From an uncultured Nitrososphaerales archaeon (GTDB lineage Archaea > Thermoproteota > Nitrososphaeria > Nitrososphaerales > Nitrososphaeraceae), in NCBI GenBank assembly GCA_963713605.1, contig CAVQMO010000010.1, forward strand, positions 896,001-960,000: a stretch of DNA of 64,000 bases, read 5' to 3'. A program made the translations under genes and the position numbers. Position 1 is the stretch's first letter, and each line of letters starts with the position of its first letter. The notes under the pieces are model-generated. The model was given only the letters and a program-made list of their open reading frames with translations. It did no database searches and was not told where the DNA came from. Positions 34,960-47,717 of this stretch are shown here, in pieces.

Positions 34960-35310
34960 TTCTTATTCTCCTGTAGCCTCTTTGAAGAGATTCATCTTAT
35001 AACTTTCTACACCCTTCATTAGTTTATAAACTTCGCATCTCTGTACCTGGCCAGCATGGAAAGGTCATTAGTGTCATTTCGTTTTGACTAGACATCAAAC
35101 CCATTGGTTTCAACCAATCTTTTCAGTTTGTTGCTTTCCATAACTTGAATTGCCTGAATTCAATTGTTCCATAAACTGAGGATTGATATTTCTCTTGCGG
35201 ATTACAAATGGTAGTTCTTATGAAATTCACTTAGATTGACTAAAAAAAGGAAGGTTCAATCGGTTAAACTTATCTACGTCCCCCATGAATTTTCCGCAAT
35301 GACTATGCAC

Positions 35311-35399
35311 GTAGAAAAAGGAGATGGTACCCGGATAAGGAAGCAACTTCATTTGATGATTGCTTTGACGCTCTCAGGATGAGTTTACTTTTCTGGCAT
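35311..35399 (+). pseudogene. TerL-like C-terminal tip relic A
   Basis: VEKGDGT/DKEATSFDDCFDALRMSLLFWH. Confidence 0.65.
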
Positions 35400-35554
35400 T
35401 TATCTGGCGATCGATTATTTCGCGTTACTGGTTTAGATGAGGAAGCCGCTGACAATCTAGGGTATTTGTGATAGATGTATCGGAAGGAACTTTACTTATG
35501 ATATCCAAAGTAGGTATCGAAGAGTATTGTGATGTAAGCCAGATAGGACAGGGA

Positions 35555-36062
35555 TTAGCTAGAGCGAGACACTTTTCCCCCTGGTGTTACAACTGATAAT
35601 GATTTGAGATTTTCTATTAACCTAGGTTTGAGTTCGTCATTAATGCTTATGAACGTGTCATTATTTGTATTATAATGGGGATTCAGCTGTTCGGCTGTTC
35701 CATTTGCAGTAGTAATGTTTTGGGTAAGAGCCAGAGTAAGATTTCCGACGATAGAACTGAAAACAGGATTCTCCGAGGCTTCTTGTACTGATATCAATCC
35801 ATTATCATCATGGATTAGAACCTGTTGAACATGGAGTATTGGGAGTGTAACACCTTGGAAGTTATCCAATATCACTAAAGTTCTGGGCCACTACCCCCAT
35901 CAGTACAATATTATCTACTATATCTGGATTATCGATTGCAACTCTTGTACCCTCGCTATGTCCAACTAGGGTTACATGGTTAGAATCAACCTCCAGGTGC
36001 TGTATTAGAACATCTAGCGCCTTCTCCGCATCTAGCGTTAGATCGTCAAGATTACTGCGATC
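35555..36062 (-). pseudogene. Alpha/beta hydrolase (GHSEG) fragment
   Basis: DLTLDAEKALDVLIQ...LVGHSEG..VAIDNP...NIVLMG; related fragments at 50349 and 58780. Confidence 0.7.
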
Positions 36063-36236
36063 ATTTAGATTGTCGTCGCAGTTCTGGCAACAATCCGTTT
36101 CCTACATAAGTTAATCAATTAATTAAGCAATCAGTTATCATAACCGCTATTCTGATTCTTTCAGAAGTGCTCTTTCTATTAGATAGTGATGATGATCGGG
36201 ATGGTTTATTACTATTAAACCCAACTTGGGCTCCTT

Positions 36237-36282
36237 TGAACCCTGACTTTGAGTCAAAAATGGTTCACATACCCTTGGGCCC
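36237..36282 (+). repeat. Dispersed site TGARCC-N19-GGTTCAC (copy 1 of 3; others at 49508 and 54997)
   Basis: Shared CAAAAATGGTTCAC core and identical 19-bp spacing. Confidence 0.75.
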
Positions 36283-36319
36283 ACTTTAAAGTGGGTTCAA
36301 TACGTTTATAGCTAGGGTT

Positions 36320-37267
36320 ATGTCATCTAACGAGCATAGCGTCTTAATGCAAATGTATTCGCAAATTAGGCTCGAAGGGCCAATTCTCCGAGTTATCGAT
36401 TTGGATGTAGAATTAACATATTACCAAAAATTCGGATTGATACCAATACGAAAATTTCTAGGGGAGGGTGGGCATGAGATGATCGAGCTTGGGTTTGATG
36501 TTAATACTACTTTGGGTTCTCAAATTGATAATCCTCCTATCCTAACACTTATACACGATCCTAACGCGAGCAGACCCCGTCATGGGTCGGCAGGCTTGTT
36601 TCATTTTGCAATTCTGACTCCCGATAGAGAGAGTCTTGCCGCTACATTCGTATCCCTTGAAAAGCAAAGTATCCAATTTGTTGGATTTGCCGACCATCTG
36701 GTCAGTGAATCACTTTATCTCCAAGACCCTGAAGACAACGGAATAGAGATCTATTGTGACAGACCCAGAGAAGTATGGCAATTTGATGAACATGGTCATG
36801 TACAAATGGATACATTAGCACTTAATTTTCAATCATTGCTTTCAGAACTATATAGGAATGATGATATGATAATGAACGAATCACCAAATAAAGAATCGAT
36901 GGCCTTTCCACGAGGAGCAATAATTGGGCATATGCACCTAAAGGTTACCAACCTTGCCGCTTCGACTAACTTCTATCATGAGATGCTTGGATTCGACTTA
37001 ATGCAAACAATTCCTGGAGCTTCGTTTCTTTCAATTGAAGGATATCATCATCGTTTAGCTCTGAATACCTGGCTAAGTCGTGCGGGCATTTCCCATAAGG
37101 ATGGGGAGTCTGGACTTGAACAGTTCACTATTCATTTTACTGACAAAGCATCTTACAAGCGCCTTTTATCAAGGATTCCAAAGTCATCACTGCACACAAC
37201 AATAAATAAGGTCATGGTCACGGATCCAGATGGAATAAAAATGGCGCTTGCCTGCGATGACCAATAA
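36320..37267 (+). CDS. Two-domain VOC protein (catechol 2,3-dioxygenase CatE-like)
   Basis: AGLFHFAIL, ADHLVSESLYLQDPEDNGIEIYCDRP, IGHMHLKV, GYHH. Confidence 0.9.
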   Translation: MSSNEHSVLMQMYSQIRLEGPILRVIDLDVELTYYQKFGLIPIRKFLGEGGHEMIELGFDVNTTLGSQIDNPPILTLIHDPNASRPRHGSAGLFHFAILTPDRESLAATFVSLEKQSIQFVGFADHLVSESLYLQDPEDNGIEIYCDRPREVWQFDEHGHVQMDTLALNFQSLLSELYRNDDMIMNESPNKESMAFPRGAIIGHMHLKVTNLAASTNFYHEMLGFDLMQTIPGASFLSIEGYHHRLALNTWLSRAGISHKDGESGLEQFTIHFTDKASYKRLLSRIPKSSLHTTINKVMVTDPDGIKMALACDDQ

Positions 37268-37293
37268 TAGATTCCGAATTTTCCAATGAGCCT

Positions 37294-37460
37294 GTGGAAC
37301 TTTTCCGCTCAGAGAATCGCTATCGTGACATTGACTTTGAGCCGGATGGCCGTACTATCTACGTGATCACTGACATGATGGGTCCGGTACAAGCTATGAA
37401 AGAAGGTCCAATTACTCCATCCACAACTCTGTGGGATCCTGGCTCGCTGCCTTTATGTTT
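37294..37460 (+). pseudogene. PQQ-dependent sugar dehydrogenase C-terminal fragment
   Basis: ELFRSENRYRDIDFEPDGRTIYVITD. Confidence 0.6.
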
Positions 37461-37649
37461 ACATATGAGCGATAGTTTTGCTGGGACATTAGCCATATTC
37501 GCAGGACACTTTTGCAAGTAATTGGGTCACTCAACTGCTATGTCCTCTAGTGCACTAATAAGAAGCAGTAAAGAAAATAAGGAAAAAGCGTAACTGATTT
37601 ACATAATGGAGGGAAGATTATTGTATGAATTACAACTCCCGAGTGCATA

Positions 37650-37730
37650 CCTGAATATTGGTCTAATTGTAGTTGATACACAGAACGGCTTTGTAAGTAA
37701 AGGCGGATCATATGATAAGCTTAGGAATAA
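37650..37730 (+). pseudogene. Isochorismatase/cysteine hydrolase N-terminal fragment
   Basis: GLIVVDTQNGFVSKGGSYDKL. Confidence 0.5.
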
Positions 37731-37884
37731 ATATTTATGATTATTATATATATTGAGTAATTATAAAAGAGTATCATCATAAATTGCAGTGTCTGTAGAT
37801 TATTATCACTCTTTCAGTCAGTTCAGAGCTCGGATGATATATACAATGAGGAAAGAAGATATACCAATCAAACCATAAATCCAT

Positions 37885-38265
37885 ATGGACTATGAAGAGA
37901 ACCCTACCACCTATGGAGAAAAGCATTTAGAGCAAACAGGACCAGTAAATTGGCAAAATACAATAGGAAAGACAATAATGAGCAAGGATAACTTGGATAT
38001 GGGTAAAGTCATCGTGAATGCTGATACTGATTACAATACTTCGGACTTGATTACTATTGAATATGGTGATCATGAAAGGTTTAGGATTCCAAAAGAGACC
38101 ATATATAAAATAGAGAAGGACTCTGTGTATACAACGCTAACAGAAAATGAAATACTTGAAACTAGGAAAAATGATCCGTTTTGGACATCGATGGGATCCT
38201 ATACAAGCCATACCGGACATGAAGAATACAATCTCCACCATGGATCTGTACGTCCAACAGACTGA
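37885..38265 (+). CDS. Hypothetical protein (PRC-barrel-like)
   Basis: IGKTIMSKDNLDMGKV...FRIPKETI. Confidence 0.65.
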   Translation: MDYEENPTTYGEKHLEQTGPVNWQNTIGKTIMSKDNLDMGKVIVNADTDYNTSDLITIEYGDHERFRIPKETIYKIEKDSVYTTLTENEILETRKNDPFWTSMGSYTSHTGHEEYNLHHGSVRPTD

Positions 38266-38901
38266 TTACTCGTCCTAGGTCGCCAAGTGAACGAGGGCTA
38301 GCTCTTGCTATAGAACCTCTTCAAGACGAGATCTTAATAAATATGCATGGATCAGCTCTTATCATATATACAGTCAGTATCTTTATCCGGACAGAAGAAT
38401 GTTTGGTAAGAAACGCTGGCCTAAGCACTTTGATATTTACAGGACGACCCACGGCTACTGATAAAGAGATAATCTTTACCCTTCTCCATTCCTTCAGAGT
38501 CGAAAATCCTGTGCAGTTCTTCGTCTATCGCATTCACTAGATCTCCGTATATCTGTTTGTTATCATTGGTAGTATGAATCATAAAAGAATGGAATTTTCT
38601 TTTATACCATGTATCTACTTGTGATAACGATGTAACTTATTGCTTATTCCAGGCGTCAGCATTCTACAACGCACATCCACATGCCGCATGATATACGAAA
38701 ATGTATATCTCGGTCAGTTATTGTATGCCTTTGCCTTTTTCATTTCGCCTAAGGCTACTTTGTTTGTTACTACTTAGCGGTCTGGTTCCTTAACTGAAGA
38801 ATCAAAACAAAAAAAGAAATGAAGTCAGTTTCAGTATTTCAGAAACTCTTTGTTGCTACTTATGCCCGTTACCGTCGTCGCCTATCGATGGGAATGTTTG
38901 A

Positions 38902-39126
38902 TCAAGCTGCTAACGATACGCCATTCTCATCACCTTGAATTTGAGATGCTGTATTTTGACATCCGACGTTCAATGGTAGTTCACCATTTCCACAAGCATT
39001 TGCTTGTGAGAGTGCTTGATTCTTGCCCTTGTATTTTGTTGCATAAGCGCTGTCGGTTGTTATTACAGATGTTCCCACTAATGCTGCTGCTATTACCGCT
39101 ACTATTGCGATATATTTGAATTTCAT
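38902..39126 (-). CDS. Small secreted protein
   Basis: Signal peptide; QANACGNGELPLNVGCQNTASQIQGDEN. Confidence 0.7.
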   Translation of the reverse strand: MKFKYIAIVAVIAAALVGTSVITTDSAYATKYKGKNQALSQANACGNGELPLNVGCQNTASQIQGDENGVSLAA

Positions 39127-40204
39127 ATTTCTACTAGGTGGCTAACATGCTATACTTATGTGAATTAAGCAAAATCAGTCGATTACATAAATCTGATATT
39201 TATTCTATTAGAACAACCTCAAGACAACAGTCCTCGTAACACGTTATTCTAACATTAGAGATTGCCACTTATGGAGATTATGATTACTAATTCCTAATTG
39301 TAATTTTTCGAATATTTACCTAGATGACAATTAGTGATTATCCTTAGTTACCCCTACCTATCTATTTAGTGATTTTTTCACTGCGATGTTATTTAACTAT
39401 GCCTATTTCAGTTAATGTGCCAATCTTGAGACAACCATTCATACTAGGTGAGTAAGTGGGTTGTGTATGGTTCCATCGTGCACCTTACTCACCTATCTCA
39501 TTTTTAGAACGTTTTAATTAATTAATTAATTAAGTGTTGCCGATTGGTAACAGGATTTGAAGCAGCAGATTGAAAGGCAAGAATGTGAATCATGTCTCGA
39601 AGCCTACGAAATAGAAAAGCTAGGGTCAGCCGAATTTCTCCAACCCGCTATTATTCTTCTTCCAGCCTTTTTCTAACTTAGTTACACGTTCTGTAAGTTC
39701 AATTAATTTATTAGTAAAGTCCTCGTGCTCTATTAGACCTAGTAAATGAGCCATGTACCAATTCGGACAGGTATAATGGCAGCTCTCAACGCGGTCATGA
39801 TTTTAATGAGCTGTATTGCAAATAACTGATAAAGTCGAGTTTTGCTTTTCAGGTACCAATGCGGTATCCCAGTCTCTGACTACAGTATTCATGGCACCAT
39901 CATCTAGTAACACCTTTTTATTTCCTGTCATATTTATAAATCCAAAGTAGCCTCCATGATTATTACCTCTATCAATTGTGTCATTCATTTTTAGCGGCCA
40001 ATCCGCTACATCATCCCCCTCTGCATCACAAAGAGGAGGTATTGTATTCTGAACGTCTTTCTCCACATATTTTGATGATAGAGTTGTATTCGCTTGTGCT
40101 CCATTAGGTTCAAGCGCACCGCAATCAGCAACACTTTATTCGAATCCAATAAACTGACTCCGGAGTATGAAGTATATAAGCGTGTGAAATCGTGAAAGTT
40201 TATC

Positions 40205-40314
40205 GTGTCGAAAAGGACATCTATAGAGAATGGCGAAGGGTACCTGGATAAAGAGGCTACTTCACATGATGACCTATTTGATAGTTTCAGGCCGTCTTGC
40301 AATTCTGGTATTAG
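40205..40314 (+). pseudogene. TerL-like C-terminal tip relic B
   Basis: RTSIENGEGYLDKEATSHDDLFDSFRPS/LQFWY*. Confidence 0.7.
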
Positions 40315-41176
40315 AGACTGTTCGTTTAGAAAGTCACTTTGGAGTATTTGTATTACTAGGGAGGCGGTGGTGGCAAGAGCGGTGTAAGCCAAAGAAATAA
40401 AAATTACGAATCTTTTGATTTCTCTCGTTTGTTATCTTGTTCATATTCGCCAGTGTCTTAAGATTACGAATCTCAAGTCCAACTTGAGTATATCGGACTT
40501 TTCATTAAATCTTGACCTTAAGCAAATCTAGTACGTCTATTTATTATTCTAATTAAATCAGATATTTGTTATCGTAAAGTTAAACTCGAGATGTTAAATA
40601 CAATAAGCGAAAAGTTATGATCAGTCTGTGTTATTTTATGCAATAATATAATTAATTCTATCTTTTGACCTATTGGTTACTTACGGTCAGCAACAAAATC
40701 ATTCAAGATGATTTTCTTCGTCCTTCTTCTTCCTTGGAGGTCGATTATTACATGCTCTGTTTTGCATGAACAGTACCGCCTGTATTCCAACATGAAGAAA
40801 GTCAAGAGATGATCTCACTACCTAAACTAAAGGCATCTAGTGAAGGTTAGCAGCTGCAAATTACCATTATTATTATAATGTAGAGTACAAAGCAGTTGAT
40901 TTCCAAACTATAATGTAGTAAACAATTCATAATTACAGGTCCTATATGCATACTAAGTAAAGATCTTCACGCTTGATGCCAAAATATTAAGAGTTATTTA
41001 AAAGCATCACCAGTGTCCGACATCCTTACAAACGCCATTCATAACCGCCGCCCATAGTGACAGTTGATTATTGCAATCATTAGTCGGCCTACTGAGAACA
41101 AACTAATACTTTAAGGCAATATTTAAATTAATCGAAAAATAGATAAGCAATTATTATAATCGTTTAGCTGTAAATT

Positions 41177-43258
41177 ATGACTAAAAAAGTATCTAAAGTA
41201 ATAATTATGTTTCTGGTCACGGCGGCAATTTTGACATTGCCGTCGTCGGTGTTGCAGGCTTCGTATGCGCAGACAAATGCGAATTTCAAAGATACCGTCC
41301 TAAGTATGCACAACAATGAGCGCGATGCCGTTAAAGTTCCGAGGCTCACGTGGAACGACAATCTCGCAGCTGCCGCCCAGGCATACGCCAATCAACTAGC
41401 GTCGAAGGGGTACGTATGCATTCCCGGGAATTGTCCGGGGGTTAATTCAGTCCCTCCCCTGCCCCATGGTGCTAAAAACGAGAACCTCAGCTTGGGGTGG
41501 CGTCGGTCCTCCATTCGCCTCTCTGATTCAGAGATGGATCAACGAGAAGTCGATATATAACGGCGGCCCAATTCCGTCAGGACCGAACTATGCCGGTCAT
41601 TACACAGCGATGGTCTGGAAGAGTACGACCCAAGTCGGTTGCGCGACCGCCAGAGGTGCGCAAATAGAGATTCTAGTGTGCCGCTACGATCCCCAGGGTA
41701 ACATGGTTGGACAATACCCGTTTGGTCCTGGTGCAGCCCAACTACCTTTGCCGAGTAGGGCAACGTTAGGGGAGGAGCGGTTGTTCAGCGAACCAGCGGC
41801 AGGTAATGGAGGTACAGGATTTCCACCTACTGGAACAACACCACCACCACCACCACCTACTGGAACAACACCACCACCACCACCACCACCTACTGGAACA
41901 ACACCACCACCACCACCACCTACTGGAACAACACCACCACCACCACCACCTACTGGAACAACACCACCACCACCACCACCACTGGAACACCACCACCACC
42001 ACCACCACCTACTGGAACAACACCACCACCACCACCACCACCTACTGCACCAACACCACCACCACCTACTGCAACACCACCACCACCACCACCACCTACT
42101 GGAACAACACCACCACCACCACTGGAACAACACCACCACCACCACCTACTGGAACAACACCACCACCACCACCACCACCTACTGGAACAACACCACCACC
42201 TACTGAACAACCAGCAGCAGGTAATGAAGGTACAGAATTTCTACCAACGGAACAACCAGCAGCAGGTAATGAAGGTACAGAATTTCTACCAACGGAACAA
42301 CCAGCAGCAGGTAATGAAGGTACAGAATTTCTACCAACGGAACAACTGGCAGCAGGTAATGAAGGTACAGGATTTCCACCAACTGGAACAACAACACCAC
42401 CACCACCACCACCTACTGGAACAACACCACCACCTACTGAACAACTGGCAGCAGGTAATGAAGGTACAGAATTTCTTCCTACTGAACAACCAGCAGCAGG
42501 TAATGAAGGTACAGAATTTCTACCAACGGAACAACTGGCAGCAGGTAATGAAGGTACAGGATTTCCACCAACTGGAACAACACCACCACCACCACCATAC
42601 TGGAACAACACCACCACCTACTGAACAACTGGCAGCAGGTAATGAAGGTACAGAATTTCTTCCTACTGAACAACCAGCAGCAGGTAATGAAGGTACAGAA
42701 TTTCTACCTACTGAACAACCAGCAGCAGGTAATGAAGGTACAGAATTTCTACCAACGGAACAACTGGCAGCAGGTAATGAAGGTACAGGATTTCCACCTA
42801 CTGAACAACTGGCAGCAGGTAATGAAGGTACAGGATTTCCACCTACTGAACAACCAGCAGCAGGTAATGAAAGTACAGAATTTCTACCAACGGAACAACT
42901 GGCAGCAGGTAATGAAGGTACAGGATTTCCACCTACTGAACAACCAGCAGCAGGTAATGAAAGTACAGAATTTCTACCAACGGAACAACTGGCAGCAGGT
43001 AATGAAGGTACAGGATTTCCACCTACTGAACAACCAGCAGCAGGTAATGAAGGTACAGAATTTCTTCCTACTGAACAACCAGCAGCAGGTAACGAAGCAG
43101 AAGACGGAGGCGGAGAGGGCGGAGATGATGCAGATAATGAAGCAGAAGACGGAGGCGGAGACGACGGAGATGATGGCGGAGGCGGAGACGGCGGAGATGA
43201 TGGCGGAGGCGGAGACGGCGGAGATGATGGCGGAGGCGGAGACGGCGACGGAAATTAA
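41177..43258 (+). CDS. Secreted CAP/PR-1 domain protein with Pro/Thr repeats, 15-aa repeats and acidic Gly tail (several frameshifts)
   Basis: HNNER...LTWNDNLAAAAQAYA, ENL, GHYTAMVWKSTTQVGCA, VCRYDPQGN; the repeats continue across frames to TAA at 43258. Confidence 0.85.
41820..43250 (+). repeat. Coding tandem repeats: TGTTPPPPPP units, 45-bp PTEQ(P/L)AAGNEGT(E/G)F(L/P) units, GGGGDGGDD units
   Basis: Read directly. Confidence 0.95.
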
Positions 43259-43769
43259 AGAAGGACAAAAGGATCTTCATTTTTTTATTCTTCTATTTTT
43301 TGCTGCGCTTTAGCGGTTATCATCACTATTCACCGTTTGGAAACCATAACCTCATCGAATAAACGTTACTACACCATAATACGATGCCTCAAAAATATAT
43401 TAGCGATTTCAGTTCCTGCCCTAATGAACCCCATAGATTCATTATATTTGTGTAGAGTCTTTCGATATCATGGGGGAGTGGGTTTTTAGTGGAACTTGCC
43501 CATCTACCCAATTTGTGAAAGTAATTTCTATCATAGACCCCGATTTTTATATCTAATCTGATGGAAAGAGGGGATTTTAATTTATTGAAACAGAGTCTAT
43601 AAATTCTGCAGGCCCTCTGAGCTGTACTCTTGACAGGATCTACATGAGACTCCCGATTAAAATATTGTGGACCAATAAATTCAGAGAAGTTGCTTACATT
43701 TCCTGTATTATTTTTATTCTTTTAGTTCTGTATTCTGTTGTCCTGCAGCGCGACTTCCTCGGTCACTGA

Positions 43770-44000
43770 CTATAGCGCGATATTTATATCACCTACAGTA
43801 ACGCTGTGTGATGGCATATTATCCAAAATAGCGGCTTTGGATTGAAAAGAAGAAATACGAGAGGAAGAAGTATCGCTGATATTCTGTCCTTGGCTGTATA
43901 CTGGTTCAGGTTCAAGTGAAACTAAACCGTTATTGGACAGTGGTATAATCAAATATAACAGCGTTATCGAAGGCAAAAGCATCCGACTCTTAATTATCAA
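43770..44000 (-). pseudogene. N-terminal fragment of a secreted alpha/beta hydrolase
   Basis: Signal-like segment then LDNMPSHSVTVGDINIA, truncated. Confidence 0.45.
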
Positions 44001-44419
44001 TTCTGTCTTCTAGGCCAACAATAAGACTGAATACCCTTTACGATTGTATAGAACGTGCTCCAGGGATTGTCTAAGAGATATAAATGCTGCATTAATCACT
44101 CCAAATACTACTACTCCTCCCCAGTTACTTTCTATCTTTTTTATATGGAAGGTAGGACCAAAACGGATACTCGTGCTAACCACACACGGGCATCAGTTTT
44201 TACAGGCGCCAACGTGTTCTTGGCAAAACAGAGTCAAAGTTTTAGCGCATAAAAGATTAGGGTTCCATCCAAAGCTTTCTGACTTAATCACTGCATTGAA
44301 ATCGGCTACAGAATGATGAATTTTCTTGAGATAAGACAAAATCTGCATTCAATGATTCGTTTGATAGTTTTAGGCTATCGCTACAATTCTGGCATTAGCG
44401 TATTCTGTATGCTTCTATT

Positions 44420-44806
44420 TCATCGCTTCAGTAGCTCTTTTGATTATCTCTACCCACCGAGATCGCCACTTAGGGGGTTCGAAAAGATTTGCAAAATAGA
44501 GTGTTTCATGGACTTTTTTTATTCTGAAACTCCATGATGGCTACGCCATTGATTGAATGCTCATTATCATTGCCATAGGTGGCAATCAATCCAGTAGTCC
44601 AGAGATTTCCATCTCCACGAATTCGCAGCATTTTATAGGTAACTTTAGTAGGGTAGTGTGCTCTGAGGTCGAATATGTTTTGCTTCCCCCGAAGTCGTTC
44701 GCTGGACTATGGAAATTCTACTACATTCATGTGCTTTCTTTAAATCATGAGCCATTGTGGCTTCCCAGTAATGGTTCAGTGTCGCACGTATTTCTTGGCT
44801 ATTCAA
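44420..44806 (-). pseudogene. SnoaL/NTF2-like protein, degraded
   Basis: Manual translation VVEFP*SSERLRGKQNI...RIRGDGNLW...GVAIMEF...ETLYFANLFEPPKWRSRWVE. Confidence 0.7.
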
Positions 44807-45027
44807 TAACTCCTAACCATATCAGGACGCTGGATTATTAGTCTACCCTCTTCATTTTCAAAGTGATTGAACCGACAAGGCTTGGCAAATTAAATACTTG
44901 CGCCGAGGATCGCCATGGAGAACGGGCCCTGAGTTAAGTAGGCTCTTCTCGTTATTAGGATCGCCTGGCTAGTTATGAAGTGTGAAGTATGGAGAAGAGT
45001 AGAGTGGGCGAGTCGAATCATTAGTGT

Positions 45028-45432
45028 CTAATTACCAACAATATCGTCAGTCGATAATTCTTGATTACTACAACGATCTTCACAGAATTGTTCTAATGAT
45101 ATAGTGAATCCCACATGGGAACAATCGGGTAAGTCGCAATCGCTACAAAATGGAACGCCTTCTTTAATCTCAACATCTATTTCAGATCCCAAATTCCTAT
45201 CGTATAATATTGCCTGTTTGTCCTTAATGAATTTCCTTAAAATTAGAGGTGTATCCAAAGAATTAGTGGAATATTGTTGGTTATTCACTAAATCCAGCCA
45301 TTGCATGAAAGCAGCTGTTCCGTTGTCTAACGTACCTATCTTTAGTTCTACTACAGACCTACTTTGAAGGTTAGCATTATTGTCATTCCTTTTCTTATCA
45401 CTAGGACCATCACTGCCATCACTTTCTCCCAT
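45028..45432 (-). CDS. Hypothetical protein with C-terminal CxxC-x3-C-x-H Zn site
   Basis: PFCSDCDLPDCSHVGF. Confidence 0.65.
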   Translation of the reverse strand: MGESDGSDGPSDKKRNDNNANLQSRSVVELKIGTLDNGTAAFMQWLDLVNNQQYSTNSLDTPLILRKFIKDKQAILYDRNLGSEIDVEIKEGVPFCSDCDLPDCSHVGFTISLEQFCEDRCSNQELSTDDIVGN

Positions 45433-46572
45433 ACTAGTGCCTTCTTGGTTAAGCTATAAAATGATGTATTTGAACATCACTCCACTCGACATCAAAGTTT
45501 AAACAATTTCATACTTATTCTAAATTCAAATGGCTAAGATTTTTAGAAGATTATATAATAATATCATCCGATAGTTTTTTATTTTATTGGATTTCATAAT
45601 AATATATTGAGAGTAGAGAAGAAAACAGAGGGGAGTACTAGTCATTATGATGACCAAACAATTGAGAATTTAAAGAATTATTACAATGTAGAGGAGCATC
45701 ATTCTAGCGATCTATTAAGATTTATAAAAACGCATGGAACACGTCATGATTCTGATGATCGATAAGGCTGTAGGACTAGTCATCTATTCGACTCTATATT
45801 CAACTTGACTCTTTAAGATTATGTATTAGCGCACGATTTTGTTTCTAAAAACTGAAATCCTTCTTAGGCCGAATATTTCTTGGCAGTCAAATTGACTTTT
45901 TAATGCCATGCTCTCCTCTTGCAATGTTATTGGCATGCTAACTTGAATATCCTTTATCTAGCTGGTATCCTTGCTAAGTTAATTTGATTTAACACCGGAT
46001 CGGATTGACTGCTTTCCACGACACCCGGCGAAAGATTGTTAAGTCTAGAAAAGTAGATTCAACCAATTGAAATTAGTGTCTATTTGAATGGTTAGCATAG
46101 CATCCCCTACTCCCCACTGTATATGATGTCATCACCTTGTCTAGATTTCCTTCACTTTTCTCAATTGCAGAACTTAAACAGTTGAATCATAACATTGGCC
46201 AAACATAAAGATTTATGCCGAGTCTCCAACTATTCACTTTTCCATGGGAAATTTCGAATGTATATCCTTGCGTGACTCCTTCAGATAACTGGCATATAAT
46301 ACTAACTAAATGGAAACCAAATTGAGTAAATCACATTTAGATGTAAGAGTACGAATAGAACCCTTCAATTGATTTGTCTGACACTATGAAAACTAGGGTA
46401 CCTGCGGAGATATAGTCTCTGACAGGATCCGTAAGCCAGCCGAAAAGGGAATACACGATCCTCCAACGATTCTTGTACCTGATATAAATCCATGGTGATT
46501 GTGGTCTAGGAGGTAGTGAAGGGATGCAGAAATGGAATAGAGCCAACACATATGCTCGTGTTATGTAATTAG

Positions 46573-46932
46573 GTGATTCCATTACATATTTCTCTTTTTA
46601 AAGAGATAAATAGGACAGAATTGCTAGAAAATGCAATGGTCTTTAAGGTTATTATCAAGTACCCAAGCGAAAAAAATGATGAACACACCTATTATGGAAT
46701 AGTTTTTCCTAACAGAGACATAGGTCAAATAAAACGACTTGAATATGTTTCACCCGAACTACAGGCCACATTTGAATTTGAGGAGGATAAAGTAAAAGTA
46801 AATGAGCATTTCCTTGCGATATTGGTGCCGGTGGATGAAAGTGAGATTAAGGAAGGCAACTGCAGTAAGCTTGCATGCAAGGTAGGGACGAATTCACCCG
46901 CCCACCAGCCAGAAGTAATTAATTTCCCATAA
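46573..46932 (+). CDS. Hypothetical protein
   Basis: 119-aa ORF ending GTNSPAHQPEVINFP. Confidence 0.5.
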   Translation: MIPLHISLFKEINRTELLENAMVFKVIIKYPSEKNDEHTYYGIVFPNRDIGQIKRLEYVSPELQATFEFEEDKVKVNEHFLAILVPVDESEIKEGNCSKLACKVGTNSPAHQPEVINFP

Positions 46933-47717
46933 TAAGTAAATACATGTCGAACAGCGATCATAGAATTACTACGCACAAATAAAGATTACTATTGGAATTG
47001 ACTTGATCAAATATGCTCTTTATTCAGGAACACCATACTTCTCCATTCGAAGCACTTGCAAACAACAATATTCGTACTTCTCTCGGGGATTGGCAAGACT
47101 TTGAAGGGTAAATAATTTCAGTAAATAGACAATATAAATTATTGAGGATCTGAGAACCGCCAACCCGGGACTTCAGAATAATGTGTATTAACCTAACAAC
47201 TTTGGATGCTTTCGGATGTAATAAACTTCGATTTCTATCAATAGATTGAATCATAAAATTACAATTCCCCTGCTTTATGAGGGAGTAGGTCGAAGTGTTA
47301 TGCAAAAATAGCTATAGCTGTACATATCGATTCTATTAAAACAGAAAAGAGATGGTTGTAGTAGTAATATGCTTATCAATTAATTAAGCCAAATCATGCT
47401 TAACGTCATTACAAAGACGAATGGATAGAGTCATACGTATGCTGCCTATATTTCTTCATATATGATATTTTTTGAACATCTTGAATTCGAAGGACAGTTG
47501 ATCGTTGTAGTTTGTTCTTAATTGTTGTTTTGGCTCTGGCTCTGGCTTTATTCATTATCCTGACTCTCGTATGAAGAATGGTGGGCACCTGCTATATTTA
47601 CAATTATTTTATGGCTGGGCTGAGTTTGAGTCTGACCGTCTAGAAATAAAGAAGCGTCTTAAAGATGCCCCAGAGATAAATCTATTGACATAGACACAGA
47701 CATTTCCACACTAATTA

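Noticed and set aside
42200..43090. 45-bp repeats as CRISPR, or poly-His/poly-Trp/Gln-rich ORFs
   Set aside because: Alternative frames of the CAP protein's coding repeats
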